In this document: positions 52,026-60,370 of the stretch, piece by piece
Layout: every line of letters begins with the position of its first letter
How positions within the stretch are numbered: the first letter of the stretch is position 1
Assembly (NCBI GenBank): GCA_017453305.1
Contig: JAFTKJ010000006.1
Span: 16,895 to 80,894, forward strand
DNA length: 64,000 bases
Direction of reading: 5' to 3'
DNA from: Clostridia bacterium
GTDB taxonomy: Bacteria > Bacillota > Clostridia > Oscillospirales > CAG-272
The notes under the pieces: generated by a model
What the model saw: only the letters and a program-made list of their open reading frames with translations
What the model was told of the DNA's origin: nothing
Databases searched by the model: none
Program-made: the position numbers and the translations under genes

Positions 52026-52862
52026 TTAAGCGTTGGCGGGCTTGAGGTTCAGAAGGACCATTTCGTTGGGGTAGACCACCTTTGCACCGTACAGATGCAA
52101 GCCCTTGACGGCGTCCGCAAAGCGGAGCTCGGGACGATATGCGTCGATCTCGGAGAGCTGCTCGGCAAAGGCGATGGCGCGCTTGGTACGAGCAAAGCAC
52201 TTGTGCGTGTAGCCGCTCTCACCCTCTACCTTGACGATGTTGTTGGATACGAAGATCTTACAACCGCCGATCGATCCGATGCAACCTGCTTCCAGGGAAT
52301 CGGTGTTGTCGGTAGAAAGGTGTACCTTCGCTTTCAGGATCAAGCCTGCAATTTCGGGAGATACTTCGATAACGATGTCACCGGGATCGGAAACGTTGCC
52401 TTCAAAGAGCGTGGTTCTGGCATCGATCAAAAGGTCGACGATGTTTTCGGCCGTCACAGCTTCACTGGTAAGTGTCTTGCCTGCCTGAGAATACAGATTG
52501 AATACGTAGCTGTCGGCATCGTTTGCCAGCGCGTTTGCCGCATTCTTCATTGCTGCCTCCATCAGCTTAGGAGAGGATTGGGCGCGGTCAATATCGTCGA
52601 TCTGGAAGTTAAAGTACTTCGCCTGGTCGATCACAAGATCGCGTACGGTGTCGGAGAGCGCGGCAGGTGCACTCATGTTTGCGTTCTTGGTGTACTCGGA
52701 TACGATGACGTCATTGATGCCGCAGATGCGAACGGTGTTGCCGCGCTCGCGGATCTCGCCCTCATACTCACGGTTGCAGTTTGCAACTGCAATGTACTTC
52801 TTGTCCAACTCCTGATACAGGTTTTCGCTCCAAACGGTAGGGATAAAGTTCTTAATAGCCAT
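52026..52862 (-). CDS. major capsid protein, P22 coat-like
   Basis: NFIPTVWS, NREYEGEI...GNTVRI, LVIDQAKYFNFQIDDID, FADAVKGLHLYGAKVVYP; AAAGGA RBS. Confidence 0.9.
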   Translation of the reverse strand: MAIKNFIPTVWSENLYQELDKKYIAVANCNREYEGEIRERGNTVRICGINDVIVSEYTKNANMSAPAALSDTVRDLVIDQAKYFNFQIDDIDRAQSSPKLMEAAMKNAANALANDADSYVFNLYSQAGKTLTSEAVTAENIVDLLIDARTTLFEGNVSDPGDIVIEVSPEIAGLILKAKVHLSTDNTDSLEAGCIGSIGGCKIFVSNNIVKVEGESGYTHKCFARTKRAIAFAEQLSEIDAYRPELRFADAVKGLHLYGAKVVYPNEMVLLNLKPANA

Positions 52863-52905
52863 AATTTTTGTTCCTTTCTTTAAATAAAAACTATTCTTAT
52901 TCTAA

Positions 52906-53523
52906 TTACTTCCATTTTTGCATGGATCTCATGATTTTTGGGAGGTTTTCGCGCACCTCTTCGGGTGTCATGGCGCGTACCTCTGCGGGAGAAAATTCCA
53001 GATTTTCTGTGGGGCGAAGTGCCCCGGATGAGCGCATACGATTGGTGTGGTTTACTTGCGCCGCCTGCGCCTGCTCCAATTGACGGCGACGCTCACTCAA
53101 GGCATATGCCGCGGCAAGCGGTGTTCCGCCTGCCACCGCTTCCTGGACGTCGAGTGGGATGCTTGCAAGTGAGACCTCGGGGTAAAGCGTGGCAAACTCG
53201 GTGTACTCGCGCTCCAATCGTTCAAGCCGGGCAAGGTGCTTGTCGCGTTCCTCCAAAAGGCGACGCACTTCACTCAGTTCACTTCGCAGGAGTTCCAGTC
53301 CGTCCGCCTCAGGCGGATCGCCAGCGCCCTGGCAATCAAGATCAGAATCTGAACCGGAAACCGCAGAAACCGCAGTACCGTCACAAGCGACGGTTGCCAC
53401 CTCTGTTTCGTCTCCGTGCTCGACTGCTTCATTTGATTCCGGCGCATCTTGTGCAAGAGGCGGATCGTTCTCTTCATACGCATGTTCGTTCTGATCTTCA
53501 GCAATAGTGTTTTCATCATTCAT
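52906..53523 (-). CDS. putative capsid scaffolding protein
   Basis: Between portal and coat; acidic disordered N-terminus, coiled coil, C-terminal EVRAMTPEEV...IMRSMQKWK; AAAGGAG RBS. Confidence 0.72.
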   Translation of the reverse strand: MNDENTIAEDQNEHAYEENDPPLAQDAPESNEAVEHGDETEVATVACDGTAVSAVSGSDSDLDCQGAGDPPEADGLELLRSELSEVRRLLEERDKHLARLERLEREYTEFATLYPEVSLASIPLDVQEAVAGGTPLAAAYALSERRRQLEQAQAAQVNHTNRMRSSGALRPTENLEFSPAEVRAMTPEEVRENLPKIMRSMQKWK

Positions 53524-55066
53524 TTTTCGACGCTCCTTTCTCGTAGAATTTTTCCAGGATTGCTTCGCGGTTCGAAATGACACCGGGAGGGAGGAGCTCA
53601 ATGTATTCCGCCGCGCTCAACTGTCCGAGTTGCAGCAGCTTGTCCAGCGTTGCAATGGTGGTAGACGGTGTGTAACGGCTTGTGGAGCCGGCATCAACAG
53701 ATGCGTAAAGCAGCGCCTTTTTCAGCAGCTGATAGTCAACCTTCTCGGCGTGCAGACTGCCATCTGCGTCTAAAAAGCTCAACTTGCGATCGTTTTGACA
53801 GTAGGTGCACAGCATATCCGCCCAAATTGCCGCAAGCTCGGAGATACAGCGATAAAACTGCACGCGCACGTGGGCAAGATTCATTGCAGATGCGCTCTGC
53901 AGAGCGAGAATGGCACTGGTGTTGTTTGCCTGCTCGTCACCCAGTGCAGAGTCTGTTGCGCCCATCATAGCCTTGGTGTTTTCAATGACGTGGGTGATCA
54001 GATCAAGGTATCCGTCCTGAATCTCACCAACCCCAACGACCGACACGGCATCCGAAATATTGCCGCCTCCCATCGCGCCAATCGCCTCTCCGATCTCGTT
54101 GGACCACTCCGGAATTCTGGATTTGTCATAGATGACCTTGGAAAAGGCGGTGTTGCTCATATGCTTGAGTGCCATAGCGTACGCCGAATTGATGCATTTC
54201 TGATTGGCTACCATATCGCTGATGGGTGAGGAGCCGTGGAAGCAGTTTTTGCTGTTGTGCCAATGGAAGTAGGCTACGGGGTAGAGCTTGAGCCCCGTGT
54301 GAACGCGCTTGATCAATGCGTTTTTGACGGATTTTTCAAAAACCACCTCACCGTTCTCACGGAAGAAGCGGATCAGGAAGGTTGCCTTTTCCGCCCCGGG
54401 CAGCTCGCACCCTCCAAGGTCGGAGGAATAGCATCCACCAAGGCTTTGGTCACTGACGATGCGTGCGATCGTCTTTTCATCAGCACCTGCTTCCATTGCT
54501 TCGCGGCGCAGACTGTCCACGTTTCCGCGTCCTGCAAGGATCACGTATTCCTGCGATTGAAGGTCGGAAGAATTGACGTCTGCGACAAAGAGATTGGTCG
54601 AATCGATCAGATCGGTGTGAACGTCACCGCTGTAGCATTGACCGTCGCGGTAATCGGGATCCCACCAGCAGTAGAACACACCGTCGCCGCTGATTGCCGC
54701 GTCCAGAAGTGCTTGGTAGGAGAGCGCCTCCATGTGGCTGTGCTTCCAGCGCCACGCGGCATTTTTATTTAAGGTTTCGATCGAGTGAAGCAGAGCAGTC
54801 TTTTCCCGCTCGGAGGAGATAAACGGCAGGCTCTCATCGGAATAACGGATCGAAACGTCACCTCCCATCACGGAGGCTACCTGATAGTCCGTAATTCTGC
54901 GGACAAAGTTAAAGATTGGTCGGGGAAGGTCGGTGCTTGTGCCGTACCAGTGGTCACCGCGGTAAAAGCGTTCGTTGCGTCGCACCGTTTCGTAAAGACC
55001 GATGCGTTGCTTGTAGGCTTTTCCCGCCTCGTACGCCTTCCACGCCGTTTCGTAGATTTGAGAAAT
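53516..55066 (-). CDS. portal protein (podovirus/P22-like); probable ATT start
   Basis: NERFYRGDHW, LPRPIFNFVRRI, DAAISGDG, NTSAILALQ. Frame extends upstream of the GTG at 54985 to an ATT at 55066 behind AAAGGGGGA. Confidence 0.82.
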   Translation of the reverse strand: MSQIYETAWKAYEAGKAYKQRIGLYETVRRNERFYRGDHWYGTSTDLPRPIFNFVRRITDYQVASVMGGDVSIRYSDESLPFISSEREKTALLHSIETLNKNAAWRWKHSHMEALSYQALLDAAISGDGVFYCWWDPDYRDGQCYSGDVHTDLIDSTNLFVADVNSSDLQSQEYVILAGRGNVDSLRREAMEAGADEKTIARIVSDQSLGGCYSSDLGGCELPGAEKATFLIRFFRENGEVVFEKSVKNALIKRVHTGLKLYPVAYFHWHNSKNCFHGSSPISDMVANQKCINSAYAMALKHMSNTAFSKVIYDKSRIPEWSNEIGEAIGAMGGGNISDAVSVVGVGEIQDGYLDLITHVIENTKAMMGATDSALGDEQANNTSAILALQSASAMNLAHVRVQFYRCISELAAIWADMLCTYCQNDRKLSFLDADGSLHAEKVDYQLLKKALLYASVDAGSTSRYTPSTTIATLDKLLQLGQLSAAEYIELLPPGVISNREAILEKFYEKGASKNE

Positions 55067-55096
55067 AAGGATTCCCCCTTTCTGTAATAGTTTGCC

Positions 55097-56812
55097 TTAC
55101 GGCTTGGTGTAAAGATCGCACCGATACACGTGCGAAAGAGCTGTCGTGGTCAGCGAAACCGTGACCCGTACAAAACGGAAACGTCCACCCGAGGCACGAA
55201 AATCGTAGTAGTCGGGAAGATCCCCCTGCGCTTGTGCCTTCAGAGAATAAATGCGGTTGCCGCGCTCGTTCTCAAGGGAGAAGTACCCACCTCCTCCGTT
55301 GATGTCGGCACACAGAATTGCACGCAGGGAACGGCGAATCTGCTCGGGCGCATCAAAATCGAGGTATCCGGTTTTATAGATACTGATGATCTCTGCGCCG
55401 TCGTCGGTATGTACCGTGTGGTCAAACACGTAAAGCGTGTTCCCACAGGCAAAACCGACTTGCTCCTCACTTTGGAAGAAAAAGGATGCTTTAATGTGGG
55501 AGAAGCGATACCACGTTTCCAGCGCACAGTTCCAGACCCATACCTCGCCCGAGGTGTTTTCGGGGTCGCGAAGCCAGATTTCATCGCGTTCCGTATAGCG
55601 AAGCAGATGCATGCGTGCAAACGCCGCTACGGGAATGCGTCCATCAATTGCGTCGGAGAGACATTTGAGCGAGATCTGTTCCGGATGCGTACTCGAAGCG
55701 CTCAAAGCATATAAGCCGCCGTTGCAAAGTGCCAGTACCTCGTGGTTGCGTGCCACCGTTCCAAAAAAGGATCTGCTGCCAAACCCTTCAAGGGCAGGTG
55801 TAACGTCGGGAACTCCATCCGAAAAAGTGATGCAGTAGACGCGTTCTGCCGTAAATGCCCAAAGAGCGTGATACATGGGGCAAAGGGAAGTCACGGGGCT
55901 GGATGCGTCTCCAAGAAACAGGACGTCGTCGGAGCGGAAATAAAGAGGTTCGCTGTTTGGGTAGAAGACCTTTGCGGCAAGGCGCGAGATCTCGTCTACA
56001 TGCTGCGAATAGTAAAGACGGGAATCGTTTCCAAAGAGGAACATCCGCTCTTTTCCCTCATCGCGATGAACGTAAGCGCGCTGTGCGGCAAGCATTTGCG
56101 CACGGGTCTCTTCGTTGAGTGAAACGGTAAAGGCGATCTCCACCGTAGAGGGGGCGGTGGAAGAGGTCAGATATACCGTGTTGTCACCCGTGGTAAAGGT
56201 GAAAGCGGTGCTGACCCTTCCGTCGGCACGAAGCTGATCGATCTTATCCGCGTAAAAGGGAAGCACAAACGCTTTGGAAGAGGTCGCGTTGTGATAGTGC
56301 ACGCGCAGGCGAGGGGAGAGCAGATTGATCTCCTCATAAACGTCACCGTAGGCGGTTGGATGCCAATTCAAGCCGTAAAGAGGTGCGTATGCCTCCAGGG
56401 GCATAAATTGGTTGTAGGAAGGGCGATAAACCAGGATGGTATTTCCATCCAAAAGATAGAGCTGACCTCGGTAGCAGCAAAACTCCACAAGTCCGTCTCC
56501 GTCGACAATCGTACCGACCTCTTGCTGTGCATTGGTGGCTTCATCCCATCGGTACACGATCGTTCCAACCGCCGCAAAGCGGTAGGGAGTGCCGTCAAGC
56601 GTCCCCTCCCATACGCCGCGGACCACCGCCCCCTCCGCAAAGGAAGCATGAAGGCGAAAGCCGGAGCGTGTGTGAATGCTGCCATCCTGCGAGATGCAAA
56701 AGTTACACAGATCCTCCACACCCATTCCCGAATGGGCGTCACGGTTGCCGATGCCGCCAAATTTGCAGGAGAAGGCTTGGGTTGATGCGCGTTTTGGTTT
56801 GATTCTTGCCAT
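55097..56812 (-). CDS. putative P22 gp10-like DNA-stabilisation / nozzle protein
   Basis: N-terminal FGG...DLCNF...DGSIHTRSG, beta-rich body, C-terminal YKTGYLDF...RFRFVRV. Recalled similarity. Confidence 0.6.
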   Translation of the reverse strand: MARIKPKRASTQAFSCKFGGIGNRDAHSGMGVEDLCNFCISQDGSIHTRSGFRLHASFAEGAVVRGVWEGTLDGTPYRFAAVGTIVYRWDEATNAQQEVGTIVDGDGLVEFCCYRGQLYLLDGNTILVYRPSYNQFMPLEAYAPLYGLNWHPTAYGDVYEEINLLSPRLRVHYHNATSSKAFVLPFYADKIDQLRADGRVSTAFTFTTGDNTVYLTSSTAPSTVEIAFTVSLNEETRAQMLAAQRAYVHRDEGKERMFLFGNDSRLYYSQHVDEISRLAAKVFYPNSEPLYFRSDDVLFLGDASSPVTSLCPMYHALWAFTAERVYCITFSDGVPDVTPALEGFGSRSFFGTVARNHEVLALCNGGLYALSASSTHPEQISLKCLSDAIDGRIPVAAFARMHLLRYTERDEIWLRDPENTSGEVWVWNCALETWYRFSHIKASFFFQSEEQVGFACGNTLYVFDHTVHTDDGAEIISIYKTGYLDFDAPEQIRRSLRAILCADINGGGGYFSLENERGNRIYSLKAQAQGDLPDYYDFRASGGRFRFVRVTVSLTTTALSHVYRCDLYTKP

Positions 56813-56876
56813 GAATCTGAAAAAACTCCTTTCAAATTGTTCTGTCACAGAGCGAGTGGATATATACCTTGGCGGA

Positions 56877-58202
56877 TCAGAAGAGAAGATCCTTGCGTGT
56901 ACTTGCAAAGCGGAAATTGCGGTCGGGAAGATCTTCGTTTGCGGTGTAATGCGTGCGACTCATTACGGCGTAGCGCAAAGCCTCCGGTGCATGGGTGATG
57001 CTGTGCGGCTCATCCGAGGCATCCTCGGGGCGCACCGTATCACACAAAAGCGCAGGCAAAGAGCGGATCAGCTCGGTACATTCCGACGATATCCAAAGCT
57101 TTGCACCCGTCTTTGTCGGGCTGAGGTATTCGCGCAGAACACGCCATCCGGGTACGCGGCGATTGTCGGCGGCACACATCGGTGGCATTCCGTAAACCGA
57201 TTGCATCAGCTCAAATCCGCTTTTTCCGCTGTCCTGACGCCGATTCCATAAGTCGGGGGAGGCGACTGCATATGCCACGTGCTTGTCGGCACAAAGCTTT
57301 GACACCGCTTCTGCGGCTTGACGCAAGGTCAGATTTGGTTGACAGAGCTCCCGAAGCACGTACAAGTTCCCGGCCTCGTCACATCCCATTAAAAGGGCGG
57401 CAAGCATGTCGAAGCCATAATCCAGGGCTACAAAAAACTGCAGCTCCCCCGGGATCCGTGCAGGCGGGCAAACGTGTGCTTCATAAGAAAATTCGGGAAA
57501 GAACTGTCCCTCAAATACGTCCCAGCGACCGTAGAGCCAGGCGTCCTTGAGCTTTGGCGGAAGGGTTTCCAATTGACGAACGTAGCCGGGGTCTGCCTGC
57601 ATCAGAATGGGGTTGTCGTATACCTGTGCAGGAATGAACAGATAATCAAGCGGATCCTCATCCGAACGGTACGCGCGGTCCACAAACAAGCGCTTGACCC
57701 AAGCGTGTCCGATCCCACCGGGATTGCAGGTCAGATACATTCGGCGAGGTGCTTGAGAGGTTCCACGCAGGCAAGCCTTGAAGATCGAGAACTGATATTC
57801 ACTCAGCTGTGTTGCCTCGTCAATGGCGATCACGTCGTACTCCTGACCCTGATAGCGTAGCGTATCACGTGTCGATGCGCAATACCCAAGGGCAATATAG
57901 CTCCCGTTTGGAAAGCGCAGGAGCTTGTCCTTTTCGCTGTATTCCAGCACCCCCGCATATTCCTCCAACAGCGGTTGCACGTGATTGTTTTTTAGCTCCG
58001 CATAGGTCCTTCGTACCAGCAAGCAACGGATTTGTGGGTAGTGCAAGCAAAGCCCTACCAGCTTGCGTCGCAAAGCCCAGGATTTTCCGCCGCCGCGTGC
58101 CCCTCCGTAAGCTGTGTAACGGGCACGGGAAGCAAAAAATCGCTTTTGCCGTTCGTTGGGGGTGCCGTGAACGTGCAGGATCTTGTCCTCACGCTCACTC
58201 AT
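56877..58202 (-). CDS. terL: terminase large subunit
   Basis: QKRF adenine motif, Walker A GGARGGGKS, Walker B IAIDEAT, LTCNPGG, nuclease LDYG...THAPEALRY. Confidence 0.95.
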   Translation of the reverse strand: MSEREDKILHVHGTPNERQKRFFASRARYTAYGGARGGGKSWALRRKLVGLCLHYPQIRCLLVRRTYAELKNNHVQPLLEEYAGVLEYSEKDKLLRFPNGSYIALGYCASTRDTLRYQGQEYDVIAIDEATQLSEYQFSIFKACLRGTSQAPRRMYLTCNPGGIGHAWVKRLFVDRAYRSDEDPLDYLFIPAQVYDNPILMQADPGYVRQLETLPPKLKDAWLYGRWDVFEGQFFPEFSYEAHVCPPARIPGELQFFVALDYGFDMLAALLMGCDEAGNLYVLRELCQPNLTLRQAAEAVSKLCADKHVAYAVASPDLWNRRQDSGKSGFELMQSVYGMPPMCAADNRRVPGWRVLREYLSPTKTGAKLWISSECTELIRSLPALLCDTVRPEDASDEPHSITHAPEALRYAVMSRTHYTANEDLPDRNFRFASTRKDLLF

Positions 58203-58594
58203 GCGCCGTCCTCCTCAATGTCATGATCAAAGATCAATCGTACCTCGCCACAGCTTGCCGCCACACCTCCTGCACTCTGCCCGTCGTATCCGAGCCGCTT
58301 TTTTAAATAGTAAGAAAGCAAGGACGGGGAGGGGAGAAGTGTGATCAAGGCATCCTCAAGTGATGCGCAGATCCATCCGTACAGCTCCGGTTCATTTTTG
58401 CAAAGCTCCTCCAGCTGAGCGATCCCACAGCCCAAAAACCGGCAAAAGCCGGCAAGGTTGGGGAGTCGAACGCTTTGCTTTTTGGACTCCTCTGCAGGGG
58501 AGGGATCACAGCTTTTGAGGTATTTCAGAAATACTCTCTTGAAGCGATCCTTCTTCGCCTTTGTGTCAAGGGACTGTGGCATTCGTTCTGTCAT
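58199..58594 (-). CDS. terS: terminase small subunit (P22 gp3-like)
   Basis: ATGA-coupled to terL; PNLAGFCRFLG and YYLKKRLGY pattern; GGAGGTG RBS. Confidence 0.72.
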   Translation of the reverse strand: MTERMPQSLDTKAKKDRFKRVFLKYLKSCDPSPAEESKKQSVRLPNLAGFCRFLGCGIAQLEELCKNEPELYGWICASLEDALITLLPSPSLLSYYLKKRLGYDGQSAGGVAASCGEVRLIFDHDIEEDGA

Positions 58595-58641
58595 ACAAAA
58601 TACATCACCTCCGTTTGGGTTATTTGCCCTGTGACGCTTGT

Positions 58642-58696
58642 ATTTTAGCATGCAAATTTGTGCCAAACCGTGCCACTTTGTGCCAAACCGTGCCAC
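58642..58696 (-). promoter_or_regulatory. putative activator-dependent promoter of the capsid operon
   Basis: Perfect 2 x 20-bp tandem repeat TTTGTGCCAAACCGTGCCAC (58657-58696), followed on the minus strand by extended -10 TGCTAAAAT. Confidence 0.65.
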
Positions 58697-58736
58697 ATTT
58701 TTAAAGAAAAAACAAAAAAATCAGCGAAAAAATAAA

Positions 58737-58772
58737 AAAACGCCCCGAGCGCTGTTTGCGCTCGGGGCGTTT
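58737..58772 (-). terminator. terminator of the oadB/oadG-like operon, insulating the capsid operon
   Basis: AAACGCCCCGAGCGC...GCGCTCGGGGCGTTT with a minus-strand T run. Confidence 0.8.
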
Positions 58773-58793
58773 GATGATTCTTGAAATTGATTT

Positions 58794-58940
58794 TTAAGCC
58801 TCGTCGTCCTTCTTTTTCTTAGAGGAAAGCTTATTGAGAAGCATGGTGACCAGAATGATCACGCCCATAACGACCATAATACCAAGCATGCCTTTTCCAA
58901 GGTATTCAAGGCTGGTGATAAAATTCATAGGTTCAAACAT
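58794..58940 (-). CDS. small OadG-like membrane subunit (48 aa, not in the ORF track)
   Basis: MFEPMNFITSLEYLGKGMLGIMVVMGVIILVTMLLNKLSSKKKKDDEA; GGAGG RBS; follows the beta subunit. Confidence 0.8.
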   Translation of the reverse strand: MFEPMNFITSLEYLGKGMLGIMVVMGVIILVTMLLNKLSSKKKKDDEA

Positions 58941-58955
58941 GTGTTTTTCCTCCTA

Positions 58956-60095
58956 TTACATAAAGAAGTTCAGGATCAAGCCGCCTGCAATGACGGATGC
59001 GATCTGACCGGAAACGTTGACACCGATGGAGTGCATCAACAGGAAGTTCTGGGGATCCTCCTGCAGACCCATCTTGTGGACGATACGACCGGACATGGGG
59101 AATGCGGAGATACCTGCCGCGCCGATCATAGGATTGATCTTCTTCTTGGAGAAGAGGTTGATCAGCTTTGCAAAGAGAACGCCGCCTGCGGTATCAAAGA
59201 TGAATGCGAACAGACCAAGACCCAGGATGAGCAGGGTATCCAAGTTGAGGAACTTATCCGCGGTCATTTGCGATGCGATGGAGATGCCAAGGAAGATGGT
59301 GATGAGATTTGCAAGAACCTTTTGTGCGGTTTCGGAGAGGGAATCCAGCACGCCGCACTCACGGATGAGGTTACCAAACATGAGGAAACCGACCAAAGAT
59401 ACCGCAGAGGGAGCAACCAAGCCCGCAATGACGGTGATCACAATGGGGAACAGGATGCGCGTCAGCTTGGAAACCTCCTTTGCCTCATAAGGCATACGGA
59501 TCTGACGCTCTTTTTTGGTGGTAAGAAGCTTGATGATGGGGGGCTGAATGATGGGCACGAGTGCCATATAGGAATAAGCCGCCACCATAATTGCACCAAT
59601 GATATGCTTCATCGATTCATCGTTTCCGATCAGCTTTTGTGAAACAGCAATTGCAGTAGGACCGTCAGCCGCACCGATGACAGCGATAGATGCTGCTGCA
59701 TCTTCGGGGAAGAAGATAGATGCGAGACAAAGGGTAATAAAAATACCAAACTGTGCCGCCGCACCGAAGATCATCAGCTTGGGATTGGAGAGCAGAGGAC
59801 CAAAGTCGATCATTGCACCAATACCGATGAACAGGAGCAAGGGGAAGAGCTCGTTTGCGATACCTGCATTGTAGAGCGTGGTGAGTGCGCCGTGCTCGGT
59901 GATGGCATCTGCGAACGGAATATTAACGAGAATTGCGCCAAATCCCATGGGCAACAAGAGCGTGGGCTCCATCTCTTTTTTGATGGCAAGAAAGATCAAA
60001 AGACCGCCGATGAGCCACATAACGGGCATTTTCCAAGCGCCGGGCTCTTGGAAGAAGTACAAGATGTTTTCATACAGAAATTCGATAAATTCCAT
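58956..60095 (-). CDS. oadB: sodium ion-translocating decarboxylase beta subunit
   Basis: EPTLLLPMGFG, IGAADGPTAI, AAYSYMALVP, GAAGISAFPMSGR. Confidence 0.93.
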   Translation of the reverse strand: MEFIEFLYENILYFFQEPGAWKMPVMWLIGGLLIFLAIKKEMEPTLLLPMGFGAILVNIPFADAITEHGALTTLYNAGIANELFPLLLFIGIGAMIDFGPLLSNPKLMIFGAAAQFGIFITLCLASIFFPEDAAASIAVIGAADGPTAIAVSQKLIGNDESMKHIIGAIMVAAYSYMALVPIIQPPIIKLLTTKKERQIRMPYEAKEVSKLTRILFPIVITVIAGLVAPSAVSLVGFLMFGNLIRECGVLDSLSETAQKVLANLITIFLGISIASQMTADKFLNLDTLLILGLGLFAFIFDTAGGVLFAKLINLFSKKKINPMIGAAGISAFPMSGRIVHKMGLQEDPQNFLLMHSIGVNVSGQIASVIAGGLILNFFM

Positions 60096-60370
60096 ACTTA
60101 GTCCCTTTCTTTATTTGATTTGATATGATAACCCCATCATTATACCGCAAAACGTCCTTGAATTCTATAAACAAATTGTTAAAAAAAGTCGCAAAAAGTG
60201 AATAGTTTGTAAAGTTATCAAATGTTGCCTGTAAAAAGGGATTGTTCATAATAAAATAGGGATGAAAATTGTAAATAAAATAAAAAGCCCTTGCAAAAGC
60301 CACCGACATCTGCTATAATATAAATAGGTATATTTTTTACCCGAGTTACCAAGAAAGGAAACGGAATCTT

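Noticed and set aside
51616-58594. Complete prophage, capsid-forming PICI, or encapsulin
   Set aside because: No integrase, primase/replication, lysis or att repeats were seen. Terminase and portal argue against an encapsulin. A remnant prophage cannot be fully excluded.
58651-58665. Sigma-54 promoter (TGGCAC...TTGCA) upstream of terS
   Set aside because: GG-to-GC spacing is 9 nt rather than the strict 10 nt; the motif is better explained as part of the phased repeat.
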